The notes below the pieces were generated by a model, which saw nothing but the letters and a program-made list of their open reading frames with translations, was not told the DNA's origin and did no database searches. This document shows positions 1-12,384 of a DNA stretch of 64,000 nucleotides, piece after piece. Location: positions 1,302,001 through 1,366,000 of the forward strand of contig NC_042999.1 in assembly GCF_006345805.1 (NCBI RefSeq), given 5' to 3'. The stretch is from Octopus sinensis (Eukaryota). The stretch's first letter is position 1; every line of letters starts with the position of its first letter. A program made the position numbers and the translations under genes.

Positions 1-967
1 CTACGAGGTATGGACTCATACAAAGTTTGAATTGTTTCCAAAGGAATTTTTGTTCATTCTTCAGCTAAAACAGTCTCCAGATCTTGTAGTGATGATGGCA
101 GAGAATATCGATTTCTTACTTGTTTTACTAAAATGCACCATAAATGTTCAATAATATTGAGATCTGGGGATTGTGGTGGCCAGATAAGATGTTCAATTTC
201 ACAAGAATGTTCCTCATGCCATTCAGTAACAATTTTGCTGTGTGAATTGGTGCATTATCATAATGAAAGATTGCGTTTCCCTCCGGAAACAGTTCTTCAA
301 CCATAGGATGAAATTTGATCAGATAAAATGCTTATTTAGTCTTGACTATTAATTCTGCCATGAAGGGAAACTTTTGAACCGGCGGATTTCCAAGACATAG
401 ACCCCACAGATCATCACAGGTTCTCCATGTTGGAAGAAGGCAGTCTGGGTCAAATGCTTCTTTTGGCTGTCTCCACACGTATACTCAGCCGGTGGTCGGA
501 AATAAGGTAAAGGATAATTTGTCTGAGAAAATAACATTCTTCCACTGCTCTAGGGACCAATTCTGTAGGTTTTTACTCCTCTCTAAACGCTTTGTTTTTG
601 AAAGTAGTGGTTTTCTGATTGCAGCCCCACCTCCCATGAAATCTGGCTTTGTGCAGCTCCCCGTAAACAGTTTTTTTGTGGAAACTGGGTTCTCGAAGGG
701 GTCCGTAAGTTCTGCAGTAATTTTGGGAGCTGTACTTTTGTGATCCTTTCTACAATTCGCATAAGAGTCCGACGGTCCCTATCTGAAAGTTTGGGTTTTC
801 TTGTGGAGTTTTGTTTCAACGAGTTTTTTTTCTTCTTTCTCAAAGAAGAAAAATTCCGAGACAGTATTTCTTGACACACCAAACATTTCGGCTGTTTTCG
901 TTACGTTAGCGCCTGCCATACAAACACCAACAATTTGACCTCTTTGAAAGTCCGATAGATCTGTTAT
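1..967 (-). mobile_element. Decayed Tc1-family DDE transposase (frameshifts and stops; runs off the window start)
   Basis: Minus-strand peptides in order: TDLSDFQRGQIVG (HTH), RKPKLSDRDRRTL, EQWKNVIFSD, FHYDNAPIH, IWPPQSPDLNIIEHLW, LYESIPRR. These are the Tc1 catalytic motifs. Confidence 0.92.
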
Positions 968-1076
968 TTTAATAAATTTAATTACCTTTTTCTGATGATA
1001 TCTGAAAAGAAAAAGCAATTTCTCTCTCCTGTTTTCTTGCCCTTTCCCTCTTTCTCTTGCCCTATCCCTCAGACTG

Positions 1077-1480
1077 TGGAGGCGCGTGGCTTAGTGGTTA
1101 GGGTGTCAGAATCACGATCGTAAGATTGTGGTTTCGATTCCTGGACCAGGCGATGCATTGTGTTCTTGAGCAAAACACTCCATTTCACATTGCTCCAGTC
1201 CACCCAGCTGGCAAAAATGAGTAACGCTGCGATGGACTGGCGTCCCGTCCAGCTGGGGAACACATACGCCATAGAAACCGGGAAACCGGGCCCATAAGCC
1301 TGGCAGGTGGAGGCGTGTGGCTTAGTGGTTAGGATGGCAGCTCATGATCGTATGATTGTGGTTTCGATTCCTGGACCGGGCGACACGTTGTGTTCTTGAG
1401 CAAAACACTTCATTTCACATTGCTCCAGTTCACTCAGCTGGCAAAAATGAGTAACGCTGCGATGGACTGGCGTCCCGTGG
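1077..1480 (+). mobile_element. Two tandem tRNA-headed SINE-D copies with a V-domain-like core
   Basis: A-box TGGCTTAGTGG, B-box-like GTTTCGATTCC and core GCTGCGATGGACTGGCGTCCCGT, repeated at 1077 and 1306. Confidence 0.8.
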
Positions 1481-1654
1481 TGCCACATAAAAAGCATCCA
1501 GTCCACACTGCAGAGTGGTTGGTGTTAGGAAGCGCATCCAGCTGTAAAAACCCTGCCAAAACAGACAGTGATATATGGTGCCATCTTCTGCCTAACCAGG
1601 TCCTGTCAAACCGTTCAACTCATACCAGCATGAAAAGTGGATATTAAATGATGA

Positions 1655-1706
<52 letters not shown>

Positions 1707-1985
1707 GTTACACATTTGAGTGTGGTCGTTGCCAGTGCTGCCAGACCGGCTCCTATGCAGGTAGCACATAAAAAACACCTTTTGAGCATGATCATTGCCA
1801 GAACTGCCTGACTGGCCCTCGTGCGAGTGGCACATAAAAGCGGCCATTACACTCTTCGAGTGGTTGGCATTAGGAAGGGCATCCAGCTGTAGAAACTTTG
1901 CCAGATCAGATTGGAGCCAGTTCCCAGTCAAACCGTCCAACCCATGCCAGCATCGAAAGCAGACATTAAACGACGACGACGATGG
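1480..1985 (+). mobile_element. Two 5'-truncated RTE-type 3'UTR tails
   Basis: GGAAG(G/C)GCATCCAGCTGTA...AACCCAT(G/A)CCAGCAT...TTAAA(C/T)GA motif; the same tail is attached to an RTE ORF end at 51425-52200. Confidence 0.75.
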
Positions 1986-2039
1986 TGATCTATATATATA
2001 TATATATATTATATATATATATATATATATATTGGTAAA

Positions 2040-2229
2040 AACGGTAAGATAACAAAAGAAAGAAAGAGACCTCAATATTATGTAAGTAGAGGAAATTTAT
2101 CTATAAAATAATATGTTACAATTACTCAATAGTCAAGATAAAACCGAAGAGATGGTGTTGTGGATTTCCACTTCGGCATCTGAAACTCAGAGCTTTATCT
2201 TGACTATTGAGTAATTGTAACATATTATT
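2040..2229 (+). mobile_element. Penelope-like repeat family P4 with HHR-like motif inside a 36-bp perfect inverted repeat
   Basis: Homologous to 34487-34690 and 31140-31280; arms 2107-2142 and 2194-2229 are exact reverse complements. Confidence 0.6.
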
Positions 2230-3359
2230 ATTATATATATATATGTATATATACACCTGGAGGGAGCCATTGTGTCTTTTTCTCTTTCTTTCTCTTGATT
2301 CAATAATAAAAGACTTGGCCTCATGTGCTAAGAATATTAATTTGTATTAGGAATTCTCGTTTATGCCAAAGTAATATCTATACAAAATGTAACTAGATTA
2401 AAGCTTAACTTTAATTCCACCATTACCAGAAGTTGCAGACTTGTGTACACATATATTTCTTTTTCCATTAACCATTTCCAAAATGTAAAATTTAATTTGT
2501 GGCTCCGTATATGAATTCTTAAATTAAGTTCCTTTTATTTGTGCCAATCAATGTAAACATTTGGGAGATTAATTTGCCAATATCTTAGCGACATCATTAA
2601 AATTCCGATGTAAATTCCAGCACAATGGACATCTTTAGACAATTGAGATACACTATCAGAAGAGATGGAATCACTGAATTTAAAGTTTTATTATGCAAGA
2701 TAGTTACCTTTGGTTGTGGTCATGCTGTAGCACTACCTTGAACAGTTGAGGCTAGCAACTGGACCCTGCTACTTATCGATCACTTTTACTGAATGACTGA
2801 GTTGCAGGGCCATAAATAAACCAACACCGGCTGTCAAGTGGTGGTGGTGGTGGTGATGGGGAACAAAGAAAACACGAAGACGCACATGTACACACACACA
2901 CACATAATACATACATTCATATTTTTTCATTCTTTTACCGGTTTCAGTCTTTAGACTGTGACCATGCTGGGGCACCACCATTGAATAATTTTCTTCTCAA
3001 ATGAATCGACCCCAGTTTTAAAGCCTGGTACTTATTCTATTGGTCATTTTTGCTGAAGTGCTAAGTTTCAGGGGACATAAACGCACCAAGCGGTGATTGT
3101 AGTGGGGAGAGGGGGAACAAACACAAAGGCACAGACATATATATGACAGGCTTCTTTCAGCTTCCATCTTCCAGATCTACTCGCTAGGGTTTTGTCGACC
3201 CAAAGCTGTAGCAGAAGACACTTCCCTTAGGTGCTATGCAGTGGATTTGTTCTTTGTAAGCCGAGTACTTATTCTATTGGTCTCTTTTGCCGAACCGCTA
3301 AGTTATGGGGATGTAAACATACCAGTATCAGTCGTCAAGCAATGTTGGAGGACAAACAA

Positions 3360-3390
<31 letters not shown>

Positions 3391-5254
3391 CCGTCTACCA
3401 AATCCACTCACAAGGCTTTGGTTGGCCCGAGGCTATACTAGAAGACACTTGCCCAAAGTTCCATGCAGTGGGACTGAACCTGGAACCATGTGGTTGGTAA
3501 CCAAGCTACTTACGACACAGCATAAGAGGGAAAATAGATATTAATTAGATTGATATCAATCTAAACCAGTAGCCTAACATATAGTTATATAACATTATAT
3601 TTTCTATGACGGTCACACTGATGAGTTGCAGACATTTACACAATCTAAATGGTAACGTTGAAACCATGGTATGTGACTAATCACTATATTTTGCATCTTT
3701 TCATTTGTCTTGCTCGCTTTACATTCTGGCACTTGTCGAATTTTCTTAAAATCAATTTTTGTTATAGGTCAGACCATATGGGGTCTACATTTAGCATATT
3801 AGGAATCCACCTTGTGGTCATTCCTCATATATATATATCTTTTACTTATTTTAGTTAATGGCTTGTGACCATGCTGGGGCACTACCTTGAAGGGTTTACC
3901 ATAACAAATTGAACTCAGTACTTATTTTCAAGTCTTTGAGCTCTTTTACTAAATCCCTAAGTTATGGGGATGTAAACAAACCAACGCCAGTTGTCAAGTG
4001 GTGATTAAGAAACACACAAACACACACACACATGTATATGGCAGGCTTCCACACATTTAGCTCTAGTAGCCAACACTCACCCAAGGTACTGTGCAGTAGA
4101 ATTGAACCCTGAATCACATCGTTGTAAAGCAAGCTTTTTAACCATACACCTATAATTTATTCTGACATTTTAACAATAATAACGAAACCCATCATCACTT
4201 TGTTTACACTCAGTACTTTTTTTTTGTATTTTATTTGAGAAAACGATACATTTAAAGGATTGCTTTTTCTTATGTCAAGTTTAAATCTCACAGCTCACAA
4301 TTCTCTGCCATTTTTGAAATTGTGTTGACAGCTATAAATCCTGCTGAAAAAATACTTGCTGCCTAGTTCAATTTCAATTTAATTAAAATTCAAATTCGAT
4401 TTCTATTTATCGTATACAAATGCAAAATTATGTGAGAAATATCAGAATAGTTTGTCTACACTGACTTTCAGAGAAGCGGCTGCTCTGACCATAAATTGTT
4501 GCGAGTTTTCACAGATGTCATTATGTTTTGATCGAAATTCTCCCAAAAGTAATTCCACGTCATTGAAGAAAAGATGTTTTTGAGATAAAATATAACAAAC
4601 AGAAAAGATGCACAAACTAGAAATATTTGTAGCAAATGTAAAATTCTTTTATTCGTTTACTTGTTTTAGTTGTTTGACTGTGGCCATGCTGGAGCACTAC
4701 CTTTAGTCAAACACATCAACCCCAGGACTTATTCTTTCTAAGCCTAGAATTTATTCTATTGGTTTCTTTTGCTGAACTGCCAAGTCACGGGGACATAAAC
4801 ACACCAACATCGGTTGTCAAGTAATGTGGGCAACCACGGGTACACAAATACATACATAAGTGACAGGCTTCTTTCAGTTTCTGTCTATCAAATTCCACTC
4901 ACAAAGCTTTGGTCAGCCCAAGGCTATAGTAGAAAACGCTCGTCTATATGGTTGGGAAGCAAGTTTCTTACCACGCAGCCACTCCTGTGCCAATATATAT
5001 ATAAAGTTAATTCAAACAGGAAAGCACAAAAAAACACAACTTTTACTTAAATTTATTAGACTGTGGCCATGCTGGGGCATTGCCTTTAAGAATTTTTAGT
5101 CAAATGAATCAACCCCAATATTTTTTTTTGAAGGCTGGTAATTATTCTGCCAGTCTCTTTTGCCAAACTAATAAGTTACTGGGACATAAACACACCAACA
5201 TCGGTTACCAAGCGGTGGTGGGGATGAACACAGACACAAAGATACACATATATG

Positions 5255-5470
5255 CCGCTGTCATTTCATCATGTTCAACCGTCAATCTCTACACATTTTC
5301 CTCCTCTCCATTTTTCCCTTCTCTCGCCATTTTTTCCTCCTCTCAATCCTTTCTGTCAAAGAGCATAGGCTCAAAACATCAGAGACTTTTCCATTCTTCC
5401 AAAGCATTAAATTAATACACCTGCTTGTTGTTCCTTTACCTGTGTTCGTTTTTTGTTTTCTGTAAATTTG
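5255..5470 (+). mobile_element. Penelope-like repeat family P3 (decayed HHR-like motif)
   Basis: CTGTCAAAGAGCATAGGCTCAAAACATC matches copies at 20955, 31801 and 63893-64000. Confidence 0.55.
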
Positions 5471-5479
5471 AAATATATA

Positions 5480-5790
5480 TTGGGCCTGACAAAGGCAATG
5501 ACCGAGACCTCTGGCATTATGTCATGCTTGAGAAGAAGACCCATCAAGCCGAGCAGATGCCAGTGTTGCACAAATAGCACCCAGGCCAGTGGTGTGTAAA
5601 ATCATCCATTATACTCTGAGTGTTTGGCATTGGGAAGGGCATTCAGCTGTAGAAAACCATGCCAAATCAGACTAGAGTCTGGTGCTGCCTTCCAGCTTAC
5701 CAGCCCTGGTTAAACTGTCCAACCCATGCCAGCATGGACAACAGACGTTAAAGGATGATGATGATGATTATGGTGATGATGATGATGATG
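5480..5790 (+). mobile_element. RTE LINE 3' end (ORF end plus UTR, (GAT)n tail)
   Basis: GGCCTGACAAAGGCAATGACCGAGACCTCTGG matches the LGLTEEMTRDRDLW coding end at 52 kb and is followed by the shared tail. Confidence 0.7.
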
Positions 5791-6374
5791 ATTTTTTTCC
5801 TTGATGGGGATATAAAATCTGAGGGGATATCATGTGTGCTTCTACCAATTGTTAATGCCAGTTAGCATGTGGGAGATTATGCACTTTCATTTGGTTGGTT
5901 TACCAGACAGCCACCTCTGTGCCTGTGAATATTTATGAAAAAAATTGTTATGCATCATAAAAATATATTAGTAAACAAAGATTAAAAGTAGTTTGAGAAT
6001 AAAAAAAAGCATTTTATATGATGTGATGTTATTGTTTAAAGTTACAAAATGACTTTCAAAAATTGATGCCATTTACGTTTGTAGAAACACTCAGTCATCG
6101 CAATTATTAAGTTTTGATTTTATTTTACCTTTTTACAATTCTACACAAAGTTTTATTTACATAAAAACTGAATCTGAATTTAAATGCAAAGAAAACAAAC
6201 AATAAGAAAATAAGCGGGGGTGGGAATATTAAGTAGCAGAAGATGGTGGGAAAGGTGTACAGCCCGGAACAAATGGAGTGTTTGTCCGTGTCCTACGAAC
6301 GTGATTGCAATGGCGTTGCCATGGAGAATGGTCAGCAATGCTAACCACAGCAGCCACTCCATCTTACAGAGCTC

Positions 6375-6955
6375 ATAACTATACCATAAATATCCTTTCT
6401 ACTGGAAGCACAAGTCCTCAAATTTGGGGGAAGGGATTAAGTCGATAACATTGGTCCCAGTGCGTAACCTGAAAGGATGAAAGACAAAGTCAACCTCGGC
6501 GCAATTTGAACTCAGAACACGAAGACAGACGAAAGATCTATTTCTTTACAACCCATAAGGGGCTAAACACAGAGGGGATAAACAAGGACAGACAAATGGA
6601 TTAAGTCGTTTACATCGACCCCAGTGCATAACTGGTACTTATTTAATCGACCCCGAAAGGATGAAAGGCAAATCAGACCTTGGCGGAATTCGAACTCAGA
6701 ACGTAGCGGCAGACAAAATACCTATTTCTTTATTACCCACAAGGGGCTAAACACAGAGGCAACAAACAAGGACAGACATAGGTATTAAGTCGATTACATC
6801 GACCCCAGTTCGTAACTGGTACTTAATTTATCGACCCCGAAAGGATGAAAGGCAAAGTCGACCTCGGCGGAATTTGAACTCACAACGTAACGCAGACGAA
6901 ATACCGCTAAGCATTTCGCCCGGCGTGCTAACGTTTCTGCCAGCTCGCCGCCTTA
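6375..6955 (-). mobile_element. SINE-B (MetaSINE-like core), three tandem body units
   Basis: Core TTGCCTTTCATCCTTTCGGGGTCGAT..AAGTACCAG repeated three times; head GGCGGCGAGCTGGCAGAAACGTTAGC. Confidence 0.8.
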
Positions 6956-8129
6956 ATGAGGACATAAATATCATTGGTATATATTCATGCAATCGTTTGT
7001 GGCCATGGAAGAATGCTTTGCATTAAATGGTTTCGGTCATCAAGGTCATGAAACTAAGTGTTATGTAATTGTTGGAGTAAATTTAATTGCCTCTATCTCA
7101 CACCTCAAACCCTGTTGATTTGTGAGAGTACAAAAAAACCATTAATATTAAACAAGCATTACCCATAGAAGTTCCCTGGTTATTTTAAAAATTGTAAGAT
7201 AGAATTGTGAATATTTCTGAAGCATTTAATTCCTGAGGTGGTAAAGTCCACCAAGTTAGGAGTATTGGAGGTGCAATATCAAGAAACGATATCACTGGAA
7301 GCTATATCCATACATCATCTGCTTTGTGAGTTGTTATCTATTATTTTTCACTTTACATCAAGAAGTGAACAATCTTAACAAAATCAAAGACATTGTCTAT
7401 AACATTATTCTGTTACTGTTCGTTGGAAACATTTTAACAAATCTTAATGTGGTTATTCGAAAAGTGTTGCCTGTTAAAGCATTTTCTACAACTGTATTGT
7501 CTTCAGTATGCATATACTCTGTTTGTCTTCAACTAAATAAACCATATATCAATAGCAGTCCCTTTCTCCTTGCTCTCACCACTAGCATTCTTCTCTATCT
7601 CTTTCTTTTAGCTGCTCCCTTCAACTAACCATTTGACAGCATAACTCATTTGGCTCTGCTGGAACCACGTGGTTGGGAAGCAAACTTCTTACCACACAGT
7701 TTCCTCCTGTTTGAAAGTTACCATCAAAATTCTTTATTATTTATGCTGCAAACAGAGTACTGACAGTTCAGTGCTTGACAATTCAGCCCTAAATAATTCC
7801 ATGCATCTAACATATGTAATTTATTATTACATTATATTGGCACGTAAAAAGCACTATCTGAACGTGGCTGATGCCACTACCCTCTGATTGGCCCCTGTAC
7901 TGGTGGCACGTAAAAAGCATCATCTAAATGTGATCGATGCCAGGCCCGCCTGACTGGCTCCTGTGCTGGTGGCATGTACAAAGCGCCCACTACTCTCTGA
8001 GTGGTTGACGTTAGGAAGGGCATCCAGTTGTAGAAACATTGCCAGATTAGATCAGAGCCTGGTGCAGCCACTGGCTCTCCAGACCTCAGTCAAACCATCC
8101 AACCCATGCCAGCATGGAAAACGGACGTT

Positions 8130-8425
8130 AGACGATGATGATTATGTTGATAATTATACTATCGATATTATTTTATTGACCCCCGAATGGATGAAAGGCA
8201 AAAATCAACCCTGGTGAAATTTGAACTCCTCAGAATGTAAAGATGGACAAAATGTTGCTAAACATTTTGTCCAGGGTGTTAACGATTCTGCCAGCTTGCC
8301 GCCTTATTTATATCTATGGAAATCAAATCCAAACCATGTTTCTTAAAGGCATAATGACCTTCTCAAGATGCAACAAAATTTGCTTTAGCACATCAAGAAT
8401 ACTGGAAACCAGACACAAAAAATGA
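8130..8425 (+). repeat. Local duplication, copy 1 (old SINE-B plus unique flank)
   Basis: Highly similar direct repeat of 10455-10745, including non-repeat sequence. Confidence 0.85.
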
Positions 8426-8967
8426 AATGTGCAAGAATTTATCAAAAAAGTTATGAAATTTTCTAAAGAATAACATATCAAAGTTATGCGATTTTCTAAG
8501 AAAAGCAGAAAAGTTCTTTGAGAAAATTCCCATGAAGAATAATAAGGTTAATACTATTAATATTGATTAAATGCAGTGATGGTTAAAGATCTTGGAATTA
8601 TACAAAAAGAAAAAAAAAATCAGTTGGGTGTATTTTTTTTTAAATCTTGGATCCGATATTGAAATAGTTTGCATGTTTTGGTGCAATTTACCATAAACAG
8701 TGGAATTTGGAGAACCAAAGAGCAAGTCACTGTGTGATCACCCAAGGAGTTTGAAATTCAATGGAATCCTTCTTAAATATCAGCCAACAGTCTTAAAGTG
8801 ATAAGGACTCATTGGAAAATATGTACAAGGGGGGATTATGTTTGAATACAAAATGGAATGGCCATGGTTGGAACAATTTTGATCAAGGCTGAAACTTGCT
8901 AAACAACAGCAATAAGGGAAAAGTTCATATAAAACAACTTCACTTTTAATTATTCTAGTGTCAATTA

Positions 8968-9365
8968 AGGAAGCGAGCTGGCGGAATCGTTAGCATGCCA
9001 GGCAAAATGCTTAGCGGTATTCTGTCTGCTGCTACATTCTGAGTTCAAATTCCGCCGAGGTCGACTTTGCCTTTCATCCATTCGGGGTTGATTAAATAAG
9101 TACCAGTTACGCACTGGGGTCGATATAATCGACTTAATCCGTTTGTCTGTCCTTGTCTGTCCTCTCTGTATTTAGCCCCTTGTGGGTAATAAAGAAATAG
9201 GTATTTCGTCTGCCATTAGGTTCCGAGTTCAAATTCCACCAGAGCTAACTTTGCTTTTCATCCTTTCGGGGTCAATTATACAAGTACCAGCTACATACTA
9301 GGGTCGATGTAACTGACTTGATCTCTTCTCCCAAATTTGAGGCCTTGTGCTTCCAGTAGAAAGGA
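8968..9365 (+). mobile_element. SINE-B dimer
   Basis: Head plus two core units. Confidence 0.8.
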
Positions 9366-9651
9366 TTATTTTAGTATCAATTATTTAAGTACCAGTGAAA
9401 GACTGGGGTCAATACAATTGACTTACCCCTCCCCAAAAATTTCAGGCCTTGTGCCTATTGTACAAAGGATTATTTTAGGGTCAATTTAGGCAGTGACCAG
9501 GCAGAATTGCTAACAGTATGGCTAAATACTTTACATTTACATTTGTGCCTTACATTTTGTGCTCAAATTCTGCAAGGGTCGATTCTGCCGTTCATATTCT
9601 GAGGGTCAGTATTTTGTGGGTCAATAAAGTTAAGTCCTAGTTGAATAGTGT

Positions 9652-9962
9652 GAAGGCACATGGCTCAGTGGTTAGAGCGTCGAGCTTACGATCATGAGGT
9701 TGTGAGTTCAATTCCCACATGGCTCAGTGGTTAGAACGTCGAGCTTACGATTGTGAGTTTGATTCTTGGACTGGGCTGCGTGTTGTGTTCTTGAGCAAGA
9801 CACTTTATTTCATGTTGCTTTACTTAACTGAGCTGTAGAAATGAGTTGTGACATCACTGGTGCCACGCTGTATCGGACCCTTTGCCTTTCCCTTGGATAA
9901 CATGAGTGGTGTGGAGAGGGGAGGCTGGTATGCATGGGCGACTGTTGGTCTTCCACAAACAA
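9652..9962 (+). mobile_element. SINE-E (tRNA head duplicated)
   Basis: TGGCTCAGTGGTTAGAGCGTCG head occurs twice; body homologous to 56278-56600. Confidence 0.75.
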
Positions 9963-9964
9963 CT

Positions 9965-10075
9965 TCAAAATTTCCCCAAGACACCTGATGAAGGCTGGAG
10001 TGTATATCAGCCGAAACGTTATGTTAACAATAAACAAGATGAGGACAAATATCCGTCAAATGTAAATAATGTAAC
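9965..10075 (+). mobile_element. 5'-truncated copy of HHR-bearing family P1
   Basis: GACAC CTGATGA A GGCTG gagtgtatat CAGCC GAAA CG TT ATGTT at 9980-10025; tail matches the 40.2-40.8 kb arms. Confidence 0.75.
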
Positions 10076-10454
10076 AAAATGTTGAGAACTACTGGTCTAT
10101 ATTGTGTCACGTTTCCTTTTTAATTTTTGAAAGTCATACTCCACTGCAGAAATGTCTAGACAGATCCTTCTGGTTGTGCCCGTGCAATGCCATGTAAAAG
10201 CATCTATGTGGCAACACATAAAACTCCCGTGCGGTTCCTCATAAAAGTGCCCTTGCGGCATCTCGAAAAAGCACCCGGCACATGCTGCAAATTGGTTGGC
10301 ATTAGGAAGGGCATCCAACCATAGAAACCATGCCACAACAGACAAGAGCCTCGTGCAGTTCTCCAGCTCACCACCTCTGGTCACACCATCCAACCCATGC
10401 CAGCATGGACAACGGACGTTAAAGGAATGAATGATGATGATGATGGACGTTAAA

Positions 10455-10745
10455 ACGATGATGATCATGTTGATAATTATACCATCGATACTATTTTATT
10501 GACCCCCCGAATGGATGAAAGGCAAAAATCAACCCTGGTGAAATGTGAACTCCTCAGGATGTAAAGATGGACAAAATGCTGGTAAACATTTTGTCCAGGG
10601 TGTTAACGATTCTGCCAGCTTGCCGCCTTATTTATATCTATGTAAATCAAATCCAAACTATGTTTCTTAAAGGTATAATGACCTTCCCAAGATGCAACAA
10701 AATTTGCTTTAGCATATCAAGAATACTGGAAACCAGACACAAAAA
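10455..10745 (+). repeat. Local duplication, copy 2
   Basis: Direct repeat of 8130-8425. Confidence 0.85.
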
Positions 10746-11384
10746 AATTAAAAGGATTGTGATTTGAAAGAATTTGGTTGCTATTTCTAGCAAACTAAAT
10801 GAGTATACAGAAGCCTTCCAGGCAGGTTTGTATTGTAGTTTTTTAGCCATGCTCAGTCTACAAAGCTTTTTCTTGCAGCCGTTCTTCTTCTTCTTCTTCT
10901 TGTTGCTGTTTCTTTGTATTATTGAATTCTTACAGATAGGACATGACATGTTCCTGAGAAAAGAAGCATTTCTTTTGTTGCTTTCCTCTGTTTCTTTCTG
11001 TTTTGTTTTGTTTTATTTTTTCTTCTTTGCTTCTTTCTTTCCTCGCCACATTCTCTGCCTTCTGTCGCCATCGCCTCGTCTCATTTAAAGCCATCTGCCT
11101 TCTAAACTCTCAATGTTTCTTCCTCTGTTCAGCTGTCTCCCTCGTATCTGCAACAACAAGTTTTGATTGGTTGTCAATTAGCCAATGAAGCAGGTATTTT
11201 CAACACATTCGTTTTCTTATAATGAAGTTCGTGGAAAGAATAAACGATCTGCGGTTTTTTCCTCATTTAGTTTTCTTTTTTTTTTGTTTTTGTTGTGGTT
11301 GTTTTTCTTTGTATCTTATTCGTGTGACAGAATCACTTTTAATTCCTCAGAGAACGTTTTTTTTTGTTGTTGGTCAAATGGCTG

Positions 11385-12041
11385 TGCGTGCGTGTGTGCG
11401 TGTGTGTGTGTGTGCGTGTGTGCGTGTGTGCGTGTGTGTATGTGTGTGTGTGCGTGTGTGCGTGTATGTGTGTGTGTGTGTGCGTGTGTGCGTGTGTGTG
11501 TGTGTGTGTGCGTGTGTGCGTGTTAGTATGACTTGCATGGAGTTCTGTTTGAGGTTGTGTACATATATTCACACGCATTCATGTATACGTACACATCCTC
11601 GTTTACACATATACACATATATTCATGCACATACTCACTTCTGCTCACACATACACACACTTGTGCACATACATACACTCACACACACACACTCCTGAAC
11701 ACATATGCACACACATTTCTGCATGTGCACGCACACACACATGCACACATATACAGTCATGCCATGCACACATGCACATATACACAGTCATGTTATACAC
11801 ACACACACACACTGTTGCATCCATACATACACACATTCACATACTCATGCACACACATACACATATGGGTACACGCACGCTCATGCACACATACATGCAC
11901 ACACGCACATGCACACACACATGCATGCACACACATACACTCACACACTCATGCACACACTCACATGCACACACACTCACATGCACACACACACTCACAT
12001 GCACACACACACTCACATGCACGTGCACACACTCACATACA

Positions 12042-12075
<34 letters not shown>
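11385..12075. repeat. Compound (TG)n then (CA)n microsatellite
   Basis: About 135 bp of TG/CG repeat followed by about 500 bp of degenerate CA repeat. Confidence 0.95.
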
Positions 12076-12079
<4 letters not shown>

Positions 12080-12384
12080 CCACTATCAGAGACACGTCTA
12101 CCCTCAACCCCCGCCCCCACTCACACATATAAAAGAAAGCAAAATATGTCATTAGTGTTCGATGTGATAGTGTACAGAGTTGTGTTCACGTGTTGAATTG
12201 CTAATTAGGAAAACAAAACCAAAAAAAAACAATGCTAAAAAAATAAGAAGAAACGAACATCTTTGAAGATCTTTACAGCTCCATAAAGTAGCACCATTTC
12301 AACTTTGGTATATTTAGCTAATACAAACACACTACAGACACGTGCATCATCTCTGATGAAAAATACCATTTACTTTGATTGTGT

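Noticed and set aside
7326-7628. 100-aa hydrophobic ORF
   Set aside because: GTG start, no splice or domain evidence; the opposite strand looks like a decayed unidentified TE frame
10800-11160. ETAEQRKK.. charged repeat suggestive of a Helitron-type N-terminus
   Set aside because: Low-complexity, interrupted by stops, no Rep/helicase motif or termini found
11185-12196. Many long His/Thr or Cys/Val ORFs
   Set aside because: Translations of CA/TG microsatellites; the same applies to 28.2-29.6, 32.3-33.0, 51.2 and 53.6-54.1 kb
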